A stretch of DNA of 55,907 nt from Gallionella sp. (GCA_041629915.1 JBFKMJ010000001.1:1-55907), one strand, 5' to 3'; positions 1 to 10,241 are shown, counted from the first letter of the stretch. The notes: generated from the letters alone by a model not told the origin. Made by a program: numbers and translations.

Positions 1-712
<712 letters not shown>

Positions 713-751
713 CTCAAACTAACGAGCCTCCGGAAAACCCGGGGCGATTCA

Positions 752-897
752 GGGCGTGGGATTAGTGGTATTTGCTCTTTATCATTACGTTTCATGGAGC
801 ATCCATATAATGCACTATCAGAATCTTCAAATACCCACGCATCATCCCCCCTAATGTCTTCGTAATTTGCCCACCACGCATCAAATTTATTGGTCAT
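752..897 (-). pseudogene. Small phage gene interrupted near its 3' end by the IS; the last codons lie at 55184-55208
   Basis: Deleting the IS and one GGG gives MTNKF...IPLIPRPERKELK-stop, whose TGA overlaps the ATG of the next gene at 55187. Confidence 0.8.
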
Positions 898-935
898 CTC
901 CGTCTCCTTTTTTCAGTAAGCTAAATTTGGTAATG

Positions 936-1307
936 TTAGAAGTCAGGGCGCACCGCCCAATGTGTAGCGTGTTTGCAGACTTCATGCATATCACCTGGAT
1001 ATTCACTATTGAGTGTTCTAGCATCCACATCGAAAACCTGTTTCTCGTCGAAATCGGTGTCGCGAGTGTAAATCAATACACGATCATGTTCCTCTGGGTT
1101 CGGCATCCGTTTAGTTAATGGTATCCACTCCATGTCTGTCTCCTTTAATTCTGCCTCGCGTATGTACCGCAATGCGGTATCAAATCGTGTCTCACTGGGG
1201 AACTTGCGCGCAACTTCAAACAGCAATCTATCTAGCATTATGCTTCGCTGTTGAAGTCGCACCACTTCTTCCGTTAGTCTGTTTATCGTATCGCAATCTC
1301 CGATCAT
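936..1307 (-). CDS. Hypothetical protein with DUF551-like C-terminus
   Basis: RBS AAGGA; MEWIPLTKRMP...THWAVRP pattern. Confidence 0.65.
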   Translation of the reverse strand: MIGDCDTINRLTEEVVRLQQRSIMLDRLLFEVARKFPSETRFDTALRYIREAELKETDMEWIPLTKRMPNPEEHDRVLIYTRDTDFDEKQVFDVDARTLNSEYPGDMHEVCKHATHWAVRPDF

Positions 1308-1323
1308 TTCAGTTCCTTTCTTT
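1304..1323. repeat. 20-bp RBS/start-codon direct repeat (other copy 55184-55203; 14-bp partial copy 54711-54724)
   Basis: TCATTTCAGTTCCTTTCTTT is exact at both sites. Confidence 0.9.
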
Positions 1324-1328
1324 ATTCA

Positions 1329-1811
1329 TCACTTATCCAACTTGAACCGCGCCTTACGCGCCGCATCGCTTGCCATTTCTTCCAGTCTGGCCATGCAGTC
1401 GCGCACCCACTCCTTGATCTCGCTATCACATTGCAGCGGCTTCCTGCCGGATCCGTTGCAGGCCGGGCATGGCATCGCCTCAAGCGTGGGCGTGCCGGTG
1501 ATGACCGGGTGGCCTCTGCCGTGACAGGCCGGGCAGATGTCATCCATCCATGCCCAAAGGGATATATCCGCCACTTCCTCGGCCAGATGCGCAAAACCGT
1601 CCCGTTCTGCGCGTTTTTTAACGATATTTCGCCAAATTTCCAGCAGCGGCACCAGACTGTGCTGGTCTGCGGCGAATTTCACCCGGTACAGGATCGAGCC
1701 GAACTTTGAACTCAGCGCCACCGCCGCCAGCGCATCCGTGTGGTGATGCGTAGAGTCATCCTGCAAGGACTTGCTGTTCACGGATCGCGCGTATTGCTGA
1801 ATGATATTCAT
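1329..1811 (-). CDS. Q-like late antiterminator with zinc finger
   Basis: Two CPACxGxG motifs; lies at the end of the nin-like region, upstream (across the junction) of pR' and the lysis genes. Confidence 0.65.
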   Translation of the reverse strand: MNIIQQYARSVNSKSLQDDSTHHHTDALAAVALSSKFGSILYRVKFAADQHSLVPLLEIWRNIVKKRAERDGFAHLAEEVADISLWAWMDDICPACHGRGHPVITGTPTLEAMPCPACNGSGRKPLQCDSEIKEWVRDCMARLEEMASDAARKARFKLDK

Positions 1812-2014
1812 ACTCTCCCCTTTCCGTACAGCTTTTCCCCGATCTGCCGGATCAGCTCGCAGTCCGTCCACGATAGCCGCTTGTCCGCCACGTCAACCAC
1901 CAGGATGCCGCTCTGATGCCAGCCGTGCGCCTTGACCGCTTCAGCATCCATGCCGGTGCCGGAAAACCGCCCCAGCGGACACTGCGGGTCACTTGGCTTG
2001 TTGCCGGTACGCAT
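1808..2014 (-). CDS. Hypothetical phage protein
   Basis: ORF whose TGA overlaps the Q-like ATG. Confidence 0.55.
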   Translation of the reverse strand: MRTGNKPSDPQCPLGRFSGTGMDAEAVKAHGWHQSGILVVDVADKRLSWTDCELIRQIGEKLYGKGRV

Positions 2015-2174
2015 TCGCCCGCCGCGTGTAGGTCTTGTCCTTGCAGTTGTTGCACACGGTGCGCCAGCCCTTGCCGTCATCGGACAGCATCCGCGTTTTT
2101 TCACCCGCCGGCATCATGTGGTGCCCCTGCCTGCAATAAAACACATCCTTCACATCATTTTTCATTCCACCCCC

Positions 2175-2465
2175 CTATCTGTCCAGCCCGTTCACCAGTG
2201 CGATCACATCACTCAAACTCCCGACCACAAACACACTCCCTTTCCATTCGTCGTGAAACTTCCGCTCATCCTTTGTCAGTTCCCGCGCCGATGGCGGCTT
2301 GCTTCCGTCCTTTATCTCGACCAGCACCGTCTTGCGGTTCTTGCCCACGCAAATATCAGGACAGCCATTGCCGACGTGGTGCAGCAACAGCACCGAGCAG
2401 CCGAACTTGCGAAACGCCCCGACTATCTCGGCGTGGTTAGCGTCGATCTTGGCGGCACGTCTCAC
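2175..2465 (-). CDS. VRR-NUC / PD-(D/E)xK nuclease (resolvase-like)
   Basis: RRAAKIDANH...GCPDICVG...LVEIKDG; GTG start inferred. Confidence 0.75.
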   Translation of the reverse strand: MRRAAKIDANHAEIVGAFRKFGCSVLLLHHVGNGCPDICVGKNRKTVLVEIKDGSKPPSARELTKDERKFHDEWKGSVFVVGSLSDVIALVNGLDR

Positions 2466-2595
2466 AGCGCCACCCATTCCCTGCACCCGCCGGTCAGTTC
2501 GATGCGCCTCCACGGCCTGCGGATGCGGCAGTACCAAGCGGCAAAGGTAGGGTGTTCGAGGTTGCCATACCAGCGGTGGGAGCAGGTGCGGCAGG

Positions 2596-2850
2596 TCATG
2601 ACACAAGCCTTTCCAACGTCACAGCCAGCGCACCAAGCTCATCCATTTTCATTATTCGCCACATCGTCTTTTCGCCGTGCCAGCCGTTCCTGCCGCGATG
2701 ACATTCAGCGCATAACGCAATGCAGGTGTACGGGTTTGACTGTTTGGCGTGGTGTGCCTCGCTTGGGCCGGGTGCGCAGCAAATTGAGCAAGGCAATGAC
2801 TTCACCCTTGCAAGGTGTTCACGCTCGGCCTTGGTGTAATTTTGGTTCAT
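2596..2850 (-). CDS. HNH-like zinc-binding protein (Ref/DUF968-like)
   Basis: LPCSIC...EAHH...IALCAECHRG. Confidence 0.7.
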   Translation of the reverse strand: MNQNYTKAEREHLARVKSLPCSICCAPGPSEAHHAKQSNPYTCIALCAECHRGRNGWHGEKTMWRIMKMDELGALAVTLERLVS

Positions 2851-3241
2851 GCGCGGCTTTCGTGGCGTTTAGGCTTGGGGATCATGCTCCCTCCCGTAAT
2901 ATCAGATCAGTCAGCATCTTGGTGATGGTTTCACCCTGCGCTAGTCCGTTGCCGTCTTTTGCGAACAGGTGCCACAGCCCATCCTGCTTCTTTATCTTCG
3001 CGCCAGCCTCAAGATAGTGCGTTAACAGGCCGTCAAGTACGGGAAACTCAAGCTCACTCATGCGGCCTCCAGTGTGTTGCGTCATCAAACATGTTCAGGC
3101 CGTCACCGAACAGTCCGTAACCCTGATAGATCGTCACCTCTTCGATGCCGCTGGCGCGCCTGACTTCCACCTTCCTGCCGGTGTGAAAGCCGTGCTCGCG
3201 GAAGTCCGGCAAGCCCTGCGTTTTAATTTCGCGCCAGTCGG

Positions 3242-3625
3242 TCATGCTTCCTCCCTGAACACCACACCATGCTCTGCGGCGAATGCCGTTATCAGCTCGA
3301 TCATTTCGGAAAATTCGCGCTTGCTCATCGTGCTCGTCCGCTGACCGCATACCACGAAGCCGCCGTCAATTCCGGGCACGACCCTTTGCCGCTTCAGGGC
3401 TGAACTGAACACGTCCTTCCACTCATCGTCCGTGAGCTTGTTGCCGTGCCAGTTCACCTGCTCGCTGATGTCGTGCAGCATCGCCCACAGCTTGGCGTTC
3501 TGGTCAAGGTTGCGCGTCGGCGGCTTTATCAGGACGTGGTATCCGTCCGGTGCAATATGGCACTGTGCCGCTGCGAGTTTGCGGGCGGTATCGTGTGCAA
3601 GAACAAAATGGCGAACGTCAGTCAT
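3242..3625 (-). CDS. ninB: NinB/Orf-family recombination mediator
   Basis: RNLDQNAKLWAMLHDISEQVNWHG...WKDVF...TSTMSKREFSEMIE. Confidence 0.85.
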   Translation of the reverse strand: MTDVRHFVLAHDTARKLAAAQCHIAPDGYHVLIKPPTRNLDQNAKLWAMLHDISEQVNWHGNKLTDDEWKDVFSSALKRQRVVPGIDGGFVVCGQRTSTMSKREFSEMIELITAFAAEHGVVFREEA

Positions 3626-3779
3626 CTAGACACCCCGCGCCATTCCCGCACAAACGCAGTCGGTAGCTTGCACCAGCATCCCTTCCATACCCGGTAGGCG
3701 GTTTCGCCGTTGTGATAGCGCACCTGATAGCGTCCGCGATGTTCGGGCGGTGTGGACATTGGGTGCCAGGGGGATAAGG

Positions 3780-4592
3780 TCATTGCTTTACTCCTTCATT
3801 CCGCACATCCATCCGTTGCGGTACGCAATCCTCTCCCAATAACTCGAAAATTGAGGATTGCTTCTTACATCCCGCCTCTTCCCTGCCAGCACCCCCTGCT
3901 GGTACGCAAACTCCAGCCCACTGATCGGCGAAGGCTTGTGCGATTCCCGGGTAGGTTCTGCTTCGTTCTTTCCATCTATCGTCGCTTGGTGGCAGGTTGT
4001 TTTGTCCACCGATTGTCTGGTTTGCATAAATCACCTTTGCTGCACCCGAGTCGCCGCAGCAATTCGGGCACCCATATTTTCCGAGTTCAACATCAAAGCG
4101 ATGCCCGCACCTGCACCCATACCGCCCCGGATGCACATCAGTGGGGACAAGCGGAGGAAGGTTTTTTAGCCACAAGCATGTTTTCTTGCTTGCGTCCTCG
4201 CCGAACCAGTGCGGCTGAATAATTTGATCCGGCTTGCGGATACGGGTCGAGATGCAGCTAACAGGGTTTTCAATGCAGATTCTCGGTATGGGCGCATCCA
4301 TCAGGCTTCTTACGAAATCAAGCGCCTTCTCGGTAAGCTCCGATCTCGGCACACCATTTACCATCACGCCTCGCGTATTCCAGTGCAGCCCGCTAACCGC
4401 AAGATAAGTACATGGCGGGTGGAATATGCCCACATCCCATCCATCTTTCAGAATTCCAAGTACATCGCCCTGAATGTGGTACGGGCTGCCGTCCTCGCTT
4501 TCCAGCAGGTCGCATGACCACGCATCGTGCCCTTTTGCACGGAATGCCTCACGCACCCTGCCGCTGTATTCGCATCCAACAAGCACTCTCAT
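3780..4592 (-). CDS. Phage DNA cytosine methyltransferase-like protein with an inserted Cys-rich segment
   Basis: RVLVGCEYSG...SCDLL, HPPCTYL, IENP, RSRTYPGIA; CRCG..CPNC insert. Confidence 0.7.
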   Translation of the reverse strand: MRVLVGCEYSGRVREAFRAKGHDAWSCDLLESEDGSPYHIQGDVLGILKDGWDVGIFHPPCTYLAVSGLHWNTRGVMVNGVPRSELTEKALDFVRSLMDAPIPRICIENPVSCISTRIRKPDQIIQPHWFGEDASKKTCLWLKNLPPLVPTDVHPGRYGCRCGHRFDVELGKYGCPNCCGDSGAAKVIYANQTIGGQNNLPPSDDRWKERSRTYPGIAQAFADQWAGVCVPAGGAGREEAGCKKQSSIFELLGEDCVPQRMDVRNEGVKQ

Positions 4593-4956
4593 GCCACCCC
4601 CTCGGCCTTCTCGCGCAGTTCCGCGATCTGCGCTTCCAGTTGCTCAAGCCGACGCACGGCAAATTCGATCTTGGCGATGCACAGCTCGCGCTCTACCAGC
4701 AGGTTGTGCAGCATGGTTTCGTCAAGGTTCATGCGCAGTCCTCCGTGTATCGCTTCACGCCGTAGGCTCGCGCTTCAGGGTTGGCCGCACAATGCGCCAG
4801 CCATTCTTCGCGGCAGGCAGGGTCGGTTTCGTTGATGTGATCGAGCCAGGCGGTGACTTTAGCGCGGTCAGTCATTTCCTCTCTCCCCAAAAAGTCCGCT
4901 CTGCTTTTCGATACTCGTTTAGCCACACCCTGTGCTTTGTCCATAGCAATATCTTT

Positions 4957-6702
4957 CTAAAAATCCACATGGGCGGCCTCTCCGGATGAAGCTCTCTTGC
5001 GGTCATATATCGGCGCGGCGGCGGGTGATGCATCGTGATAGCGTCCGGTAACGCGGTCATAATTGAAATTAACCTTGCCGAGCTTTCCGACGATCTTGAA
5101 TTTGATCTTCTGGATATGCACTTCAACGGGCTGGCTGTCGTCAGCAAGGTTGCGCCAGATAGCAAGGCAGTTATCCGCCTTGTTGCGCCAGTTCGCGGAG
5201 CCTGAAATGTCGTATGGATTGGGCACAGGATAGGTGCCGTCTTTATCTTTGGTCATCAGCTTCGGGTGCGCCACCACGAACACGGCGACCTCGTGCCGCC
5301 TGGCGAAGTTGCGCAACCTTGAAAGCGATAGGCTGATGTATTCGGTTTCGCTCATGGACTCCGGGCGGTCGTGTTCAACCTCATTCCACGGATCAATCAC
5401 CAGCATCCTGATGCCGTCCCGCGCCACCAGTGCTGTTGCCTTGTCCATAATTTCATCAAGGCTGGGCGACTCCGGCATGATCCATTTGAAGTGGCCGTCA
5501 ATCCAATCCATTGCGTCTGCGAACTCCACCCGGCTCATGCGCTCTGTGCGTCCGTGGTTGAATGGCTTGCCGGTATATTTTTCGGCAAGCTTTGAAACAT
5601 GTAGTTTGATCGGGTAGTTTTCTGGCGAATACATCCCAATGCGCCAGCCGTGCAGGTGAGCAAGGTTTACCGCCAGCGCGTCCATTACCTCGCTTTTGCC
5701 ATGACCAGGGATGCCAGTGACGATATTTAGTTGGCCGGGCATCGCGGTAAAGAACTCGTCCAGGTCTTTCCATCCGGTGCTCGCGCCTCTTGGCAATCCT
5801 GTTTCGTAAAGGTCGTAAAGCTCGGATGCCAGTTCGCTGGCCGTGAACACGCCAACAATGGGAACCTGCCTTGCCTCTGCTACAACCTTCGCCACCGCAT
5901 CCTTGCCGTAGGTCACCAACACATCGTTGGCATCCTTGCAGCCGTCCGGCCATGTAACCACCGCACAATTCTCTGCGCCGAACCTGCGAATCAACTCGTC
6001 TTTCAAATAATTACCCGGCGCGTCGTTGTCCACAGCGATGACCCACCGCTTCACCTTTTCCAGTTCGGGCGCGTTGAGGTAATCAAACTTGTTCGAGAAG
6101 TTCTTGGTGTTTGGTGAAGGCGCACCATCCGGCACAGATACGCAATTCAGAATGCCAGCCTCTTCCAGTGATAACTTGTCGATCTCGCCTTCCACAATCA
6201 CAGTTTCGTCGGCGATGTCATTCAGCCCGTACAGAATGCGCTCTGCGCCGGACTCCATCTTGAAATTCTTTTCCCGGTCGCGGTACTTGATGTTCACCAC
6301 TTCCGCGCCGCGGTAGTACGGAAACAAAATGCAGCCGGCTTCCGCGTTAAGTTGCGGCATCCATACCTCGCGCTTGCCGATCTTATTGCGGGTTAATGCG
6401 GCCTGACTGATGCCGCGCTTTGCAAACCACTGAATTGCACCAGGCGATAATTCCGTGCCGGCATAGGACGGCTTGACGTAAGCAACGGCAGGCTTGCTGT
6501 AGGCAGGCTTGCGAACGCTATCGTCTGTCGCCTTTCCTGACCACTCGCAATGCCAGCAATGAAACATGCCCGTGTCCAGGTTCACGTTGAGGCATGGCTG
6601 GTTTTTCTTTTTGCGTGTATGGCTGCATTGTGGGCAAAGCGTTTTTATTTCGCCTGATGTGCGCCCTTTGGTGTCGATCCCGTAGTTGGAAAAGTTCAGC
6701 AT
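4957..6702 (-). CDS. T7 gp4/Twinkle-like primase-helicase
   Basis: Zinc-binding CPQC/CWHC; TOPRIM motifs IVEGEID, AVDND and KDAND; Walker A GIPGHGKS; DnaB-type motifs. Confidence 0.92.
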   Translation of the reverse strand: MLNFSNYGIDTKGRTSGEIKTLCPQCSHTRKKKNQPCLNVNLDTGMFHCWHCEWSGKATDDSVRKPAYSKPAVAYVKPSYAGTELSPGAIQWFAKRGISQAALTRNKIGKREVWMPQLNAEAGCILFPYYRGAEVVNIKYRDREKNFKMESGAERILYGLNDIADETVIVEGEIDKLSLEEAGILNCVSVPDGAPSPNTKNFSNKFDYLNAPELEKVKRWVIAVDNDAPGNYLKDELIRRFGAENCAVVTWPDGCKDANDVLVTYGKDAVAKVVAEARQVPIVGVFTASELASELYDLYETGLPRGASTGWKDLDEFFTAMPGQLNIVTGIPGHGKSEVMDALAVNLAHLHGWRIGMYSPENYPIKLHVSKLAEKYTGKPFNHGRTERMSRVEFADAMDWIDGHFKWIMPESPSLDEIMDKATALVARDGIRMLVIDPWNEVEHDRPESMSETEYISLSLSRLRNFARRHEVAVFVVAHPKLMTKDKDGTYPVPNPYDISGSANWRNKADNCLAIWRNLADDSQPVEVHIQKIKFKIVGKLGKVNFNYDRVTGRYHDASPAAAPIYDRKRASSGEAAHVDF

Positions 6703-7511
6703 ACAAACCCCCGCTCAACCTTAGCTGGCATCACTGAAAGCTGCCCGGCGTAGGATGCGTACTTGGTGGCGTTGAATAATGTTTCAGGTCGCAAATACTT
6801 TGAATTCTTTGGGTCGTTTATCCATTCAGCAGCTTTTGCGTCAATAACCAGCTTCATCTCGTCAAGCGTTGCGCCTTCATTGAACCGCGCCTGAATGAAC
6901 TGGAGGTTTGCTTTAACAGGCTTAAACCTGCTTCCGACTTTTTCGTTGAGATAATCCAGAACAGCAGAACATTCTTCGCCGTTGAATTTTGGTTTTTTGA
7001 CTGGCGTATGGTCGGGCTTGCCCGACAATGCTTTTGACTTTTCTGGGTTATTGGGTAGTTGGGTTACTGGGTTACTGGGTAGCATACAATTCGCATCGCT
7101 TTTTGATGCGTTCGCATCATTTTCTAATGCGCTTTCTAATGCGTTCGCATTACCATCGCTATGCGTTCGCATGGGTTCCGCATTCCTTCTTTCAATCTCC
7201 CACCTGGCTTTTGCGGATGCTCTAGCCAGTTCCGACTTTACATAAAGTGATGCGATTTCCTTTTCGCAGCGTTTATGTGAATACCCATTTTCTGAGAGAG
7301 TGAAAAAATCTTGCAAAACATTTTTTACAGCCTGTTGTTCGTCCGCACTCCGAGCGCATAGCGAACGCATTAAAGCTGCATCATCTGGCGTTAGGGGATT
7401 TTCGTTGGTGTAATACATATCCAACATTTGCCGATACACTCCATGCTCAAGTAAAGATAAATGCGCCGTGTCTTTTCTGTAATCACCAATGTGATGCCGG
7501 TAGTGATGCAC
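6696..7511 (-). CDS. Replication initiator (YdaU/DUF1376 N-terminus, conserved phage C-terminal domain)
   Basis: HYRHHIGDY..DTAHLSLLEHGVYR; C-terminal YLRPETLF; GTG start with AGGAG RBS. Confidence 0.85.
   Translation of the reverse strand: MHHYRHHIGDYRKDTAHLSLLEHGVYRQMLDMYYTNENPLTPDDAALMRSLCARSADEQQAVKNVLQDFFTLSENGYSHKRCEKEIASLYVKSELARASAKARWEIERRNAEPMRTHSDGNANALESALENDANASKSDANCMLPSNPVTQLPNNPEKSKALSGKPDHTPVKKPKFNGEECSAVLDYLNEKVGSRFKPVKANLQFIQARFNEGATLDEMKLVIDAKAAEWINDPKNSKYLRPETLFNATKYASYAGQLSVMPAKVERGFVC
7043..7183. repeat. Probable replication origin iterons inside the initiator gene
   Basis: ATGCGTTCGCAT at 7106, 7139 and 7161 plus degenerate copies; adjacent 9-bp TGGGTTA(C/T)-type tandem repeats at about 7043-7082. 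Confidence 0.65.
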
Positions 7512-7747
7512 TTTGCCGCTCCTTTGCAATAAATCCATTGTCCAGATGGGGTTCCGGTAAAAGGTGGGGTGGAATTGATGCGCGGAACTGTCGCATCGTT
7601 CGGTGGACTCCCTATCCACCCCAAACTGTTAAGCCGCTATCGCAGCCTTGATCTTTGCCAGCAGCCTGCGCACACCTTCGCGCCGGTTCTGGGCTTTCAT
7701 TTTCGGGATGGTGCGGGCATACCGCTTTGCCGCGAGAAATTCAGGTT

Positions 7748-7978
7748 TCATGCTTGCTCTCCCTTGTTGTCCGACGCTGTAGCACCCTGCTCTTCGGAAC
7801 ATCCGAACACTTCCTGGTATCCGATGTGCATGCTCTTGTGGCGAGTTAATTCTTTTTCGACGGCCATGCGCACGAAGTCTGACTTGGTGACATCGAGCAT
7901 CGCGGCCAATGCCTCGATCTGCGCCTTCATTTCAAAGTCGCAGCGGAACTCGATGGCGGTCAGCAGCTTTTCGGCCAT
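7748..7978 (-). CDS. Small ribbon-helix-helix-like regulator in the cII position
   Basis: IEFRC..EMKAQIEALA....TKSDFVRMAVE pattern. Confidence 0.55.
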   Translation of the reverse strand: MAEKLLTAIEFRCDFEMKAQIEALAAMLDVTKSDFVRMAVEKELTRHKSMHIGYQEVFGCSEEQGATASDNKGEQA

Positions 7979-7989
7979 GTCTAGCTCAA

Positions 7990-8016
7990 TAAAAAAGCCC
8001 GCACCGAAGCGCGGGC
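7990..8016 (-). terminator. Intrinsic terminator after cro (tR1-like)
   Basis: GCCCGC-GCTTCGGT-GCGGGC followed by a T-run on the minus strand. Confidence 0.75.
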
Positions 8017-8072
8017 AAGGCCGTCCGGTGCCAGAATTGGCGGGAAGGTCGGACGGCGGGTTATGGTTTGCA

Positions 8073-8273
8073 TCAGGCGGCCTTGTCGGTTTTTACTTCG
8101 ATCATCGTGTCAGCCTTCAACACGCCGCCAGTGATAAGTTGAATTTGGCATTGTCTGGTTATTGGAATGTGCCCAGTCTTCTTCCATGAGGAAATGCGCG
8201 GCTGCGTAATTCCTAGCACAGACGCGGCTTTAACCTGCGATCCAAAATGGTTTATGAGTTCTTGATAGGTCAT
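8073..8273 (-). CDS. cro: Cro-like HTH regulator
   Basis: FGSQVKAASVLGITQPRISSW...IP..RQ.QIQLITGG.LKAD; divergent from the repressor. Confidence 0.85.
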   Translation of the reverse strand: MTYQELINHFGSQVKAASVLGITQPRISSWKKTGHIPITRQCQIQLITGGVLKADTMIEVKTDKAA

Positions 8274-8282
8274 AGTGCAGGC

Positions 8283-8323
8283 ATTTTATTCGATAGGGAA
8301 TATGCTGTCAATCCCTATCGAAT
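8283..8323 (-). promoter_or_regulatory. pR-like promoter with OR operators
   Basis: TTGACA(8311-8306)-17 bp-TAAAAT(8288-8283); operators ATTCGATAGGGAAT at 8288-8301 and AATCCCTATCGAAT at 8310-8323. Confidence 0.85.
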
Positions 8324-8380
8324 TACCTTTATTGTCATCATGGCGGAGGGATTTTATTAACTGCCACAAAAAGGACGGAA

Positions 8381-8701
8381 ATGAGCCTAGGGAAAAGAAT
8401 CAGGGAGCGCAGAATGAAGCTTGGTTATTCTCAAGCCGACCTATCTCGGTCGTCGAAAGTAAAGCAGGGAACCTTGTCAAAGTACGAAAACGACAGGGTG
8501 GAAAGTCCCAAAGCGCCAATACTTATGCGGATCGCAGCAGCATTGGAAACAACGCCAGAGTATTTGATGCATGGTACCGGAAGTGAAAGCATCCATGACG
8601 CTACAGGCACAATCAAAGAGCTGTTGAATGAGGCTCAAAAGAAATCGCCGGAAGCGATAGCAATGCTACTGGCTGCCGCAAAAGCATTACCTGATAAGTA
8701 G
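8381..8701 (+). CDS. CI-like XRE HTH repressor, no S24 peptidase domain
   Basis: LGKRIRERRMKLGYSQADLS...TLSKYEND; lies between the two operator clusters. Confidence 0.85.
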   Translation: MSLGKRIRERRMKLGYSQADLSRSSKVKQGTLSKYENDRVESPKAPILMRIAAALETTPEYLMHGTGSESIHDATGTIKELLNEAQKKSPEAIAMLLAAAKALPDK

Positions 8702-8760
8702 CCAAACGCCCAGACTTCAATCAAGTTTTTACGCTTGATTGCTTTTTTTCGCACAAATAT

Positions 8761-8802
8761 ATTCGATAGGGATTGACATGCATATTCTTTTTCGAATATG
8801 AT
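8761..8802 (+). promoter_or_regulatory. pL-like promoter with OL operators
   Basis: TTGACA(8773-8778)-18 bp-TATGAT(8797-8802); 8761-8778 is the exact inverse of 8306-8323; second operator ATTCTTTTTCGAAT at 8784-8797. Confidence 0.85.
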
Positions 8803-9329
8803 TTGTCCGCAAGCTCAGAAAACCGAGCGGCACCAGCAGCCCAGGCGCGGTGAAAGTCGAATTGAGCAGGATCGGCAAGTAGCGTTAGTCGCAATATCGC
8901 GGGCATAGTGAAGCAGGGTGATCTCGAATGAGCCTGCACTGGTAGCGAGAAACAGTCAGCAGCAAGCGGCTGATAAAGCAGCGGAGGATGCGCCGAGTTC
9001 CTTAAAATCCACGGCCAGCCGCTTACTGCTGATTGAGAATTGCGCGAAAAGCCCCGACTCGTGGAGGCGTAAGCGCAAAGCAGTGCAGGAAAGCAACGGG
9101 GCAGAGAGCCTGCATCTCGATGAAGCCCCAGCCACGCACGATATGGTTACGTGCCCATTACTGCACTTTGGTCAGCGTGCAGTCCAGGGCTAGGCCGCCC
9201 ACCTTTAACGGAGGCGATCATGGAAGAGATTTATTTCAGGCTTGAGCGGATGCGTGAACTGGTGCAGCAGCCCGGTCTTTCAATGATCTTTCGCAACGGC
9301 AGGTGGATTTATTCATATTGGAGGAAGCC

Positions 9330-9656
9330 ATGCTAGACATCGAATTTTACGAGCGCCAGCGCGAGCAGTTGGTTGAGGACACTTATCAGCGCTTGTTGCA
9401 CGAAGCCCTCAACGATATTCAAACATTCGAGGGATGGGACAGTGGGTATGAGATATGTGCCGTGAATTCCGGCCAGATACAGCGCGCATTGCGCAACCTC
9501 GGTGACGCGGTTTCCGGCAAGGGCTACGCGCAGGAAGCGGTGTTTACTGCGCTGGGCTATGTGATGGGAAGCTTGAAAACCGTACTGCGCGAGGAAGCCG
9601 ACAAGTCGGTGAAGTCCGCCGAGGAAATGCAGTTTGATGAGCGGGTGGCAGCATGA
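9330..9656 (+). CDS. Hypothetical early protein
   Basis: GGAGG RBS; ATGA-coupled to the next ORF. Confidence 0.65.
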   Translation: MLDIEFYERQREQLVEDTYQRLLHEALNDIQTFEGWDSGYEICAVNSGQIQRALRNLGDAVSGKGYAQEAVFTALGYVMGSLKTVLREEADKSVKSAEEMQFDERVAA

Positions 9657-9973
9657 CCGACCTCACCCACCAACACATCTGCGACAAGCTCAACCGCCGC
9701 GCCGCGCGTGAGCGCGATAACGCCCACATGGACGAGATCGAGCACCGCGCCCTGCCATTGCTGTACGCGGTCATGGCCGCCGCGCTGGTCACGGTGCTGT
9801 GGATCGCCACCGCCGACTATCGCGACGTGGCGGCGCATCACGTCGAGACGGCAAAGATGCGCATCGAAAACCAGATCATCAGCGCGAAGTTGGCCGCGTG
9901 CGCCAACAACGGCGTGGTGCCATTCAACGGCGCGATGTTGCAATGCAAGAGACTGCCGCTGGTGCCGCTATGA
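9653..9973 (+). CDS. Hypothetical protein with one TM segment
   Basis: Coupled ORF; hydrophobic LLYAVMAAALVTVLWIA. Confidence 0.6.
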   Translation: MTDLTHQHICDKLNRRAARERDNAHMDEIEHRALPLLYAVMAAALVTVLWIATADYRDVAAHHVETAKMRIENQIISAKLAACANNGVVPFNGAMLQCKRLPLVPL

Positions 9974-10070
9974 ACCGCCTCATCTGCTGGCTGTTCGGGC
10001 ACGCCTGGCAAAGCACCATCAGGCGCGGCACATATTGCTGCCGCTGCGGTGCCAAATGGAAGGGAATGCG

Positions 10071-10241
10071 ATGAGCTACATCCACGAGGAAATCCAGGCA
10101 GCCGTGCTGCCGCTGATGGAAAAATACGATCTCGAACTGATCGACCTGATCGGCGAACTGAACCATGCTGCGTGGGAGCTATCGGTGCTCAACCAGCGCG
10201 GCATTGCGCGGTTGGTAGAAGAATTGAGGGCAAAGACATGA
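10071..10241 (+). CDS. Small hypothetical protein
   Basis: ATGA overlaps at both ends (MSYIHEE...). Confidence 0.55.
   Translation: MSYIHEEIQAAVLPLMEKYDLELIDLIGELNHAAWELSVLNQRGIARLVEELRAKT

Noticed and set aside
1932-3017. 361-aa plus-strand ORF and similar long antisense ORFs (e.g. 18767-19789, 50392-51438)
   Set aside because: Shadows of recognisable opposite-strand genes in GC-rich DNA; no motifs
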